Shown here in pieces: positions 1-11,800 of a stretch of DNA of 64,000 bases. The translations under genes and the position numbers were made by a program. Every line of letters starts with the position of its first letter. The first letter of the stretch is position 1. Source of the stretch: Bugula neritina (taxonomy: Eukaryota; Animalia; Bryozoa); contig OZ037769.1 in assembly GCA_964035545.1 (NCBI GenBank), positions 6,739,929 through 6,803,928 of the forward strand. The letters are read 5' to 3'. The notes under the pieces were generated by a model that searched no databases, was not told the DNA's origin, and saw only the letters and a program-made list of their open reading frames with translations.

Positions 1-313
1 CTAGGCAGGCTGTACTTTTAAATACCGCTAGAAGCAGCACCACATTAGGGGTGACTGAGTACAGTATTTGTATACACATTGTTGTCCAAACTCCTAATCA
101 ATGCACTCAGTGACCACCAACTCAATGCTGCTTCAAGCGATTTTTATACTGTTTATTGATGAGGCTTTATTTTTATCGGAAATATATTTATTTTTCTACA
201 TTGGAATAAGGGTGGTTATATTCGTGCCCCAGTATTTAACTCCGGTATGGTTGTGATAGAGTATAGACTATTCCTAGGTTACTATTCTGTAAGGTGAGGA
301 ATTGGTGTTGTAG

Positions 314-1192
314 GCGTGTCGTCTAAGCCCTGATGATCCTGTAGTCTACCAGGATTTCTTCAACATATATCAACGAATAATGTACCCATCCAAACTATTT
401 ACTGATTACTTTGATATCTACAGTTCTCGAGACACCCAAGAGTGAGTGCATCATGTACTATACATGAACCTAGTATTACACGTCATTGATATGATTGAGT
501 AAGGTGGAGATTTTAGCTATTCCATTCATCAGTCATGTACTAAGAGCTATGAATGCTGTTTTACATTTTTCTGTCCACTAAAAGCTGCCTCAACTTTGAA
601 TCATTTATATGTCATGCTGGAAGTAATAAAACTGTGAGCAGCTAAAAATATTTTAAATAATTTCTATCATTGAATTCATGCAAGTGGTTTAGATTTTCGG
701 TGGCACTACTTCATGCAAAATGAACTTTATGTATGTTATAAATGTGCACGTTGTACCTCGTGATCCTAGCCAGTAGAATATAATTGACAGTATAGTAACT
801 CATAGTTAAGTGTGTATTATATTATCCTGTACTTGTACAGTATAGTAACTCATAGTTAGATGTAGATTATATTATCCTGTACTTGTACAGTATAGTAACT
901 CATAGTTAGATGTAGATTATATTATCCTGTACTTGTACAGTATAGTAACTCATAGTTAGATGTAGATTATATTATCCTGTACTTGTACAGTATAGTAACT
1001 CATAGTTAGATGTAGATTATATTATCCTGTGCTTGCAGCCCTTTGCCAATGGTGGATGCCGAACGATTCGCATCATTTCTGCAGACTGAGAATCACGAGA
1101 TGACTAACGAGGCGGCAGCTTCCAAGCTGATGTTTGCTCTAATGGATGATCCTAGTAAATCACCCAGCAGTATTAAATTCTCATCTATAGAG
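314..1192 (+). CDS. PLCG: PLC-gamma EF-hand region exons (314-441, 1039-1192)
   Basis: Open frames [24 protein letters not shown]... and ...[11 protein letters not shown]...FSSIE; phases join correctly to the [11 protein letters not shown] exon. Confidence 0.8.
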
Positions 1193-2786
1193 GTTGGTCA
1201 CTGCTAATCTCTCCTCAATCTCCTGCTTTCTTGTTCATCATTATAACACGGTGAGGGAGGGTGACAAATGCCCCATCTCTGGGCAGAATGTCAAAAGATC
1301 TTTGCACTGCTCACGGTTAAAAACATTTTTGGTTGAAATAACTTACTTCCTCTCTTCAATAAGTAGTGGTAGATATGGTTAAGGAAGATTGCCCTGCTGT
1401 TTTTCTTTTATTCAAGTGTTGCTTGATTAAAGGGGAAAACTTTTAGGACTTCGCTGGTTTTATAATTAGCTACTTGCACTGTTTTACACGTTATGTACTT
1501 GGAATTTTGTTTTATCAGTTATCATTGTTTGCCTTTTTGAAACTTTCATGTTTATAGTTTTATTCTTTGGAAAAAATTCAAACCAAAACTGCATGTTTCA
1601 ATGGGCCACAAACTATTACTTGTTTTGCACTCTGCTATTTCTCTTAGATTAAATTGATTTCAGTTCAAGAGTGATTTATATATAATTATATACGCTTCAC
1701 TTTTCTACTGAAATGATTTATAGTGTACTGTGCCCGCTATGGTAAAGCTATTATATCTGCACTAGTATAGCATGCTAAATGTTATCCATCCAACAATGGT
1801 TTGTATTTACAGTTTCTGAATTACCTTTTTTCTTCTGAGAACTCTATTTGGGACCAGAACACAGCTAAAATATATCAAGACATGGACCAGCCACTATCCC
1901 ACTATTTTATAGCTTCCTCACACAATACGTACGTTGTTTTCTCTCATATATATGCTAGAAGATTTGGTAGAGCTTATATATTAGTAGTAAACTTCTGTCA
2001 CACAGCACTGTTATCGTAGTTCAACTATCATAGTCATTAGGTAACCTAGCTTTTGATAGATCTGTGATGGTAATTCAAGTATTCTAGAAGTACGTATGCC
2101 AAAACATCAGTTTTATAACAGTATTTATACAGGCCTATATTGTATAGCATGAACCAATCACATCAGCTGTATTATGACAACATATTTTACAGATATTTAC
2201 AGGGTGACCAGTTCACTAGTAACTCTGCCGTAGAAGCCTATATTCAGTGCCTCCGAATGGGAGCTCGGTGTATCGAATGTGAGTGTTGGAGTTGTCTTTT
2301 CAAATAATAACTCCATCAACCATGGATTTTTGTTCTTGTCTGAATTATGATAGATTTTTTAATCAAGTTGGTGTATAAATGATATTTCCTTATCCAAAGT
2401 TGTACTGCCATTACAGTGGATTGTTGGGATGGTCCTGATGGCTACCCTCACATATTTCATGGTAGAACCTTCACCAGTAAAGTCAAGTTTATTGATGTAG
2501 TGAAAGGCATAAAGAAGTATGCTTGGGAGTTCTCAGAGTAAGTTGAAGCTAGGTGCATGGTGTCACTATACATGCGGTATTACTGTATATGTGGTATTAC
2601 TGTACATATAGTATTACTGTATGTATAGTATTACTGTATATGTGGTATTACTGTATATATAGTATTACTGTATATGTGGTATTACTATACGTGTGGTATT
2701 GCTGTATATATAGTATTACTGTATATATAGTATTACTGTACATGTGGTATTACGGTATATGTGATATTACTATACGTGTGGTATTA

Positions 2787-2820
<34 letters not shown>

Positions 2821-5800
2821 TTACTGTATATATAGTATTACTGTATATGTGGTATTACTGTATATATGGTATTACTGTATATGTAGTATCACTTTACATA
2901 GATATGGTGTCACTGTATGTGTGGTATTACTGTATATCACTGATACTAACAGCTTTTGGCTCTTCATATTCAAATTGGTAAGATACTTGTATGTGATTTA
3001 TTGTGTCTCCATCAAGTAGATACGTAGTAAAGTCTGTTAGTCATCGATATCTTTCAATACTTCCAAGTTTAGATTGACTAACAACATTTGACAAAATCAA
3101 AAACTTTACTTAGAAGCTTGTAATCTAAGCTGGAATTAGCTTAATTTAAGTTGAGTAAAAAATAAAAGCAACCTGGACTACTAGCTTGACAGGTAGCAAT
3201 GGCGTGTGTCGAAAAATTATGCTGCTGATATTGGAAATTTGATTGGATAGAATATTTTCAGGTATCCAATCATCCTGTCCATAGAGAATCATTGCTGTTT
3301 GAGTCAGCAAAAGAGAATGGCTGAAGTGTTTACTGAAATACTAGGAGGTCGGTACTCGCTCTGTTCCCAATAGTTTTTGATTTGAAATACAAACACATTG
3401 TATAATCATTAATCCGTGATATCCTTTGTTACCAGATGACTTGCTGGTGGCTCCAGTAGATAAGAACGCTGACAGACTTCCTTCACCCAATCAACTTAAG
3501 AGAAAGTTCATTCTCAAGGTGAGTTTAAAGACGACTCTTTTACTTTACTGTTTATTAAATCTGATCATTTTGCCTGGTGGAATTTTTATCTGCTTAACAT
3601 TTAACGGCAACTATTATTATCGAAAGCTGAATTTTGTAGCACAAAAAGCTTGGATCAGATTGGAAACTGGGTGTGTCGGAAGAAGAAATCGGTGATATAG
3701 GTCAAGGTGATATAAGTCAAAGTAGGAAAACCGGTTTGCTCTATCTACAAGACCCTGTGAATAAAGAGGTACATTGTCACTTAATTTAGACTCTACTCTG
3801 TTAGTCTACTAATACATACTTGTGAGTAGGTCGTGACCTTATAACACTATTGTATTGGACTATAAGGTTGTCTCAATCTCTATTAGTTGTCTTCTCTGTC
3901 AGTCCTTTTTGCTAAATCTGTGATTAGTTTTGAGATGCGGACAAACTGCCTAGTGAACTATTGTCATTTCCTGTCAGAACTCATTGTCATTCATTGTTGG
4001 TAAATTTCCTAGTCTTGAGTTTTGTATTACTGGTAGTTATGAATATTTTTGCACTTCTCAAAATTTGCAAGCTTTTCATCTCTATAGATTATATAATCAT
4101 ATAACTACTAGCAAAAGTTATATTCTTTTATTAAATATTGAGGTCTATTGATTTTAATATCTAAACTACCTTGCAAGCTATAACACAGTAGTGGTGCTAT
4201 ACAGTTGCTATAATATGCAGCCGGTATATGTTAGTGATGCTATGCAGCTGCTATAACATATCATAGCTAGTGTACATGTGAAGGATGCTTGCAGGAATGG
4301 AATCAGCATTTCTTCATGCTTACCAGCACAGGTCTCTACTTCACTGACCAGACCAACGTGAAGACTGAAGACGATGACGATGACAATCTGTCTGTAGATA
4401 TGAACGGAAATTTAGAGGTAAAGTAGGAGTTGTTTGCTCAACTCATTTAACAGAGTTGTACAAATGTCTTGAAAATACTTTTTTACGAGTTCGTTAATGA
4501 ATGGAGGTAGCAAAAAGTAGGATACTGAGGTACAGATGCTTATACAAAGTACTTAGCGTAGTTACTTTCTACCATCCTGTATATAGTAGTTGTAGTTATA
4601 CGCGCTCTCGGATCTACCTATTAAACTGTATAAACTGTAACTACGCGCCGTAATGTCGCATGGTTTCAGGATGAAAGACATTTGAATGAGCCATGGTTTC
4701 ACGGTGAGCTGGGTTATGGAAAGAGGACGGCCTTAGATCAACTCAAAGTGTACGGGGCCAAGTTGGGGTCTGGTGCCTTTCTAGTGAGACTGAGTGGTGC
4801 CGGTGTAGAGGGAGAATACACACTCAGTTTCTGGTGGGTTCTACACAGCTACATAGCTACATATTTTACCTGCGATATGTGTTGTAGAACGTACCCATGG
4901 AGCAGAGACATCTGTATGAGCCATGGTATCATGGTCGTCTTCCAGATGGCCGCAACACGGGAGACCAGTTGCTGGCGGCCCACCAACACTTAGGTCCCGC
5001 CACTTTTTTAGTCAGGGAGAGTGACACCTTCCCAGGCAGTTACACTCTTAGTTTTTGGTATGTAAGGTTGTCGGCTACACCGAATGGTTTGTCTTTTGCT
5101 AACTGCTCTCCCACCATCTGCCTGCCTAACCCCTTTCTGTCTTTTTGCTATTCTGTTGCTAATTTATATGTTTGTTTGCTGACACTGCTGTGTGCATCTA
5201 ACCCTTTGTTTCATGCCAATATGCACGATAGACGAATGATACCAGTTTTGAATGTAAGGCTAGTCGTTTGTGTTGGTTTCTTCTAGAATCTAGACCGTTG
5301 GTCATTTCGCTTCTGGAGTTTGACAATACATGTGTGTTATGTACCTATTGGCTGGCAACTCTGTATATAACGCATTGCATGTCTATTGCCCCCCCCCCCT
5401 CATTAACTGCACGCTACGGCTGAAGTGAAACGATGATCCAGTTACAAAGTGCTTGCTAGTTTAGGTCACACCAATAACTATTTAGAGAGCAGCTAACTAG
5501 AGTCAAACTCAAGAATGGCTAGATTCGGTTTCTGGTAAATAGATTAGAAGTTACTTGTTTTAACACAGGTTGGAAGTTATTAAATGTCATACATTGTGAA
5601 TGAAGCATAATAAGTTTACTAGATTGCCAGATCGCACTTTTAAATCTAAATGTAGTTTACAAATATAATTTTGCATTTTATTGTTGCTAGCAAATTGTGT
5701 TTTAGATACCATTGAGCTATTTTAGCCTCAGGTTGTTTTCTGTTTTGTCCTCATGCAAGACTTTGCGTTGTGCGCATCTGCCTGCCATTTATATGTATGT

Positions 5801-8800
5801 CTCTGTATTATAATATATACTAACACCATGATTATTTTTCGGAATGAATCTAACTTTGTTTCAGGAAAGCATACTTTTCCACAACTAAGTTTCAAGTACA
5901 GATTGGGTTCCAGCACCGTTTATACTCTCAATATTTAATCTAAAATAATAATTAAATTAAACATAATCTCAGGTTATGGGTTGCTTTTTTTCAGCATTAT
6001 TGAAAATTATCTACTCAGTTGCATTTTGAAAATACTATTTATGAAGAACGATTTTAAATATTGTCTTTTATGAGTATCCAACTGTTTTGAATCTATATAT
6101 TTTATTTTCTATAATATTCATCATTGAAATTTATGAAAATGTGTTGCTTGGCAATATGGGTTGTCTGAAACAAAAAGAAGAAAATCAATAATTTAGTTAT
6201 ACTCTGTGAGCTGACGATATTAACTAACTAACACACCATCTGCATAGAATTCACTTGCTTGTTTTAACAGTTGGTAATTAACAGTCACCTTTGTTCTTCA
6301 GATTTAAGGAACTGGCTTGTGTGGTGTTGGGATCATAGCTATCAAGCATTAATTTTGTGTTGTGACAATACCCTACCCATCTGCTTTTTTGTAGCAAAAT
6401 GTTTTCAATCTCTAAATAAATTCATCAGTTTCTAAAAATAATAATATAAGCTGTATTGCTGGTTTTTTCCATAGTATGCGACATGTAATTTATGTTCCCA
6501 TGGCTTGTTACGATGCATTGCCATGCTGATTGTAGGCAACATGACAAGGCTAATCACTGTAGGATAAAGTCCAGACAAGAGCAAGGGAGAACCAAGTATT
6601 GTCTGGTAGAGAATTTAGTATTTGACAGTCTCTATGAGCTAATAGAATTCTATAAACATAATAAACTTCGTAGTCAAAACTTTGAGCTGTGTCTTCGAGA
6701 ACCCGTTCCAAAGATCGCCTCGCCAGTAGGCCGAGAGTAAGTACTAATTTCTCTGCCTGTACAGAGTTTAGAGCATTTTGACGCACCAACTGCACAGGCT
6801 TTTAGATTGTCATTGTATTCTTAGTCTACTACTGGTTTCAGCCAATCTGTTCCAATCTACTAGCAAGACTGCGTACTCAGTGCTCCGTGTTGCTCGGTGC
6901 CTACTGTTTACTTTTCTGTCAATATTTTCTGCAACAATTTTTGTTGTAATGAATTACCTGTGATATTGTGCAGATTTATCTGTGTTAGCATTGTAGAACT
7001 AACTGTATACACTAAATGCATTTAATAAGTTTTTATTAAAAAAGAACTTTGAATTATTTGTTATTTATGTTTAATCCATTATTTAGGGGAGAAAAATTAA
7101 CACAGTCAACAATTTTGATGAAACTTCAACCAATGTATACTTTTTTATTTTTATTGCTGTTGAAGTTTTGTCCAAATTATAATTGTTCATTTGTTGATAA
7201 TTTATCAAGATTAATTTAGTTACAACAAATACATTTTACTCGGTAAGGTCGCTACTCCAACTTTATTTAATTATTACTTACAAAACATTTTTTCTCGAAT
7301 GCAAAGTAGAAGTTTTCTCAATATGCTGGCAGTGAAGATCAACTGACCCCCTAATAGATGAATTGATATATACAAAGTGACTTTTGGTATATTTAGCTGG
7401 TATCACGAGAATATGGAGAGAGCGGAGGCAGAAGACTGGCTGTCTAAAATACCCAAGGATGGTGCTTTCCTTATCAGAAACCGGGTGCAAGGTTCTGGCG
7501 AAGTTTCCTATGCTATATCCTTCAGGTAACTTGGTCATCGTCAGTCCAACATTCTTTTCCGGCAGTAATGAACCAGAAAGTATGACAAAAACAGGACTAT
7601 TTCAGTTTTATGGACTAAATGCATTTAAACTACAGTGTTGCACCATAGAATATAAACTATCTTAGTAGATTTTCAATCATTTTTTCCAATATATTCCAGG
7701 GCAGAGAATAAAATAAAGCATTGCCGTATTATACCTGATGGCTCTTCCTTTTCTATTGGTTCCGCCACATTTGAGTCCCTTCCAGAGCTTGTCGCTTACT
7801 ACCAGAAACATCCTCTGTTCCGCAAGATGAAGCTCAGATACGCTGTTAACCAGGCACTGGTGGACAAGTGTGGCGAGGTAGTATATAATCTAAGTCAGCT
7901 ATCGCGTAGCAGTGCATAATCTTAGTCAGTCTAGTGAGGTAAGGTAAAGTCACTCAACAATAGTAGTTGGTTATAGCAGTATTCAATATAAGTCGATTGT
8001 GGACAAGTGTGGCGAGGTAATTTATAGTCTAAGTCAGCTGTGGCATTGTAGTTCATAATCTTAGTCAGCCTAGTGAGATAATTTGTAAGGTAAACGTCAC
8101 TCGGCAATAGTAGTTAATAATAGCAGTATTCCATTTAGGTTAATTTTCGTAATTCTGTTCTTTTTAATCTCTGTGGTTATTTTTTTACGAAGCTGGTAAG
8201 CTCTCATTTTGGAATTTGAAAACTATACATTCGACAGTCGGAAGTTTTATTTTATGAAGTATTTCAATAAGTTTACGGTTGTCAGTGTAAAATATCGGAT
8301 TGTATTAGCTGATAGCCTGTGGTATGATATAATCTGGTGTTCAAAATTTATAAAATACTAACCGGGTTTGGGTAGAGTGACACTGAGGTCTCCATCTATG
8401 GCTGTGGGATCTACACACAACCTAATGAGGTTCAACCTTCTAACATACAATGCAGAGCATTACATAACAGAGTTCCAGACAGGCCAGATGAGCTGGGGTT
8501 CATAAAAGGCAACATCATAACTAACGTTCTCAAGAAAACCCCAGATTGGTAAGTCATATTCTTCGCTTAGTTTTTGGTATTGTGGTTTCAGCTTATTTAA
8601 TTTAAGATTTTGTGTTTTACAATTTCATGTTGAGTTTCTCGAAATAGTTGTCCGAAGGGTCAAAAGTTCATCTCAAACCCAATGAGTCTTTATACCCAAG
8701 TCAAAAGTATTGAATTTGTATAGAACTGTCTCCTCTTTATTCTTATCATTGTATGTTATGTATAAAATACACAACTCTATGTTTAAAATATGCAATTTTA

Positions 8801-11800
8801 TATGTATATTATATATTACGGTTTTTAGCGTTGACTGCTTTTTCGCTGTGAGTAAGTGAGTGAGTTTACAAAGTTGCTAGTTGTTTTGTTTCTTCAGTTT
8901 GTTAAAGCTTATTAGATTTTTTTTTATTGACCTTTTCACCAAAGTGGCCACAGCAAGACTCAACTTCAGGGCACGTAAAACACTTATATGCCTTATTAAC
9001 GTTGAAATACAACTGCTGCTGTTTTGGTGAAGATGAGATATCAATGCAGGGAGTTTCCCAGTTGTCTCTGTTTCATTCCTGCTTAGCTGGCCATAGAGTT
9101 GTCTTATCAACTCACCTGTATTATGTGTAATATTTGCAGGTGGCAAGGCGACTGTGGAGATCAGCTAAACAAATGGTTTCCTAGCAACCACGTGGAGCAA
9201 ATTGAGGATGGCTTGGGCTCCCTACAGCAAGGCTCTATCAACATATCACGATATATCAAATGCCGTAGGTGTTTTATTTCGATATATTAAATGCAATATG
9301 TTTTTTCCTTCTATAATTTCCACGATTTTCTACTACTACTGCTAACATTTATGGCACGCAGCTAGTTCATTCTTTATATAGTAGTTGATGCTAATATGTA
9401 GAGTTCTGTTTCTCCATTTATGAATATTTAATAATATAATTATAACTATAATATAAAAATATACCTAATAATAATATACCTAATAATAATATAACAGTAA
9501 TATAAATAGTAGGGTGAGTACTAAAGGAAAGCAGTATTTGATCTTCAGTTTCTCTCATAACGTGAAGGAATCTATTAAAAATTATAAATCTGTGAGATTG
9601 ACTGTACTGCTTCTCGGTTACAATAATTGTTTAGTGTAGGTATGGAGACGAACTCCATTTCCTGCTTTACCAGCAAGTCTAGTATCTTATGTTTGTATTT
9701 CAATCATATTATACTTTCACCATTTAGATTGTTTATTAAGCCATAAGCTTTGTTTTATGGCTGCTTTTTTAAAGTTGGTCTATAAAATCCTGGATGAAAT
9801 AAAATTAAAAAAGCCTGAATTCATGTAGTTCTTGTAGTAGCTATATTTTAACGGGCTGGAAAACATTTGGTCCTATTTTGAAACAATATTCGAATTTGAA
9901 TACAACATGACTGCATCATGCTATGAGGATACAGGAATAATTATACATTTAACTAGTCCAAATCCTACATACCTAGCTGTAGGTAAAACTCAGACTACAT
10001 GATGTCTCCCGTAGGCAAGCTTACCAAGATTCTACTGCTGTGAAGGGTAATTTTGTTGTTGTTATTGCTACCTCTTTAGTAGGTCTACCTGTACAAGTTA
10101 GCAGGTGCTCTTGGCCCAGTTCTCTCAAGTTTTTAATTTTAAGTGCAAAACTAATTTCAATGTTTTTTTAAAGTTTTGTTGATTAAAACTTTCTCTCATT
10201 AGTCAGAATTAAGTCTGTGTTTATTGGGTTAACTATTCAATCAACAACCCATTTTTCTAATACGAATTATAATTCAGGGTTTCTTGCTTTTTAGAGTTTT
10301 TCAATGATCTAGGCAAATATTTTTTCAACTTTTTTATTATTTTATTGTTCCATTTGTTTCTGTCTACCTATCTACGTAAGGTAGCATAAGTGTGCTAGAT
10401 AATTGATAGTTTTTATAGTTTCTAGCCTCTCGTAGTGCTATCATCTCAGTAATGAGCCTTGTTCCACATTAGCTGTTTTAGAATGAGTATCTATTGCTAG
10501 GAGCAGAGCTGGGATTTAGCTTAGACTGAAAAAAGAATTGTTGTCTTGTTTGTGTTTTATGTTATACTTACAGCTTTTAGTTAATTAGTTCAGACAATGA
10601 TTTTATCAATTTTGTTTTTACAAGTCCTTATTCAAGAGTTAATGAATGTTTTAAATAAACTGATTATATTTTTTATTAATACAAGTAATAATCTAGTCAA
10701 AGTCATTTCATTGAATTTCAGAGTTCATGTAGCTCTATTAGGTCAGCCAATATTGTGAAGCTTCAGTATAACTGTGAGCTGTAAATGACAGGAAACCAAG
10801 CTTTGCTTTAGTGCAGGCGATCTTCAATGTTAATGATTTTCACTTATTTTGTTAAACCAATAAAATGCATTTGTTGAACTGCTGTAATATTATATTTCAG
10901 TACCGGACTGTTCACTTATGGCTTCTACTTCTGACTCTGTACACAAGAAAAAACTCTACTGCTTTGGACTAGAGTATGATGAGGGCAATGAACACCTTAA
11001 GATTGCTGCTGCTGATCCTAAAGATGTCACTGATTGGATGCTTGAAATAAACAATTGTAGGCAGCAGGCATTGGAAATGGTATGTAGACAATATACTTGA
11101 TTGCCTCCTCTTTCTAGTCACCAATACTTTTGTTTCCTTTATTACCCTCAGGTTAAGTGAACTAAAAGCGATTCCCATAAATTGCATGTGTTTCTCAATC
11201 AAACCGCAGTCAGTTTGCAGATTTTTTGCTAGAAGTTTCAACAGCCAAGAATCAGTGCAAGCAATATGAACCAATATGAAGTCGCATATCAGCATGAAGC
11301 ACACTGTTGTTGGCACCGTTAGTGCTTTTTGCAATTACGATCAACTTTAGCATGCTGTGCGCTTTAGATTAGGAATTGTGTTAACATGTGGTCACAACTC
11401 GCGCAAGTAAACGTGCTACTTTCAGGCTTTGCTTACAGCTTTTTGTGGGAAATAGTTGATGACTAAGTTGATGCATACTCAAAATTTTTAAATTTATTTG
11501 ATTACTCACTGTTTAGTCACCAATTACTGACAGTGCAAACTAATGTAGGAATAAAGTGTGTCCATTCTAAAGACTCTATGCATTGTTTGTAGAATAAGCA
11601 ACACATGGATTTGCAGAAGAGAAAGCAGATAGCTGAGGAGTTCTCTAATATCATTATATACTGTCGGTCAACTCCATACAACCCTGAAGGTACTTGTCTG
11701 TGCTTGTCATGGTGGTGGTGGTTGTCATGGTGGTGGTGGTTGTCATGGTGGTGGTGGTTGTCATGGTGGTGGTGGTGGTTGTCATGGTGGTGGTGGTGGT

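Noticed and set aside
2553-2981. 142-aa hydrophobic Y/V-rich ORF
   Set aside because: Translation of an intronic minisatellite; not a membrane protein.
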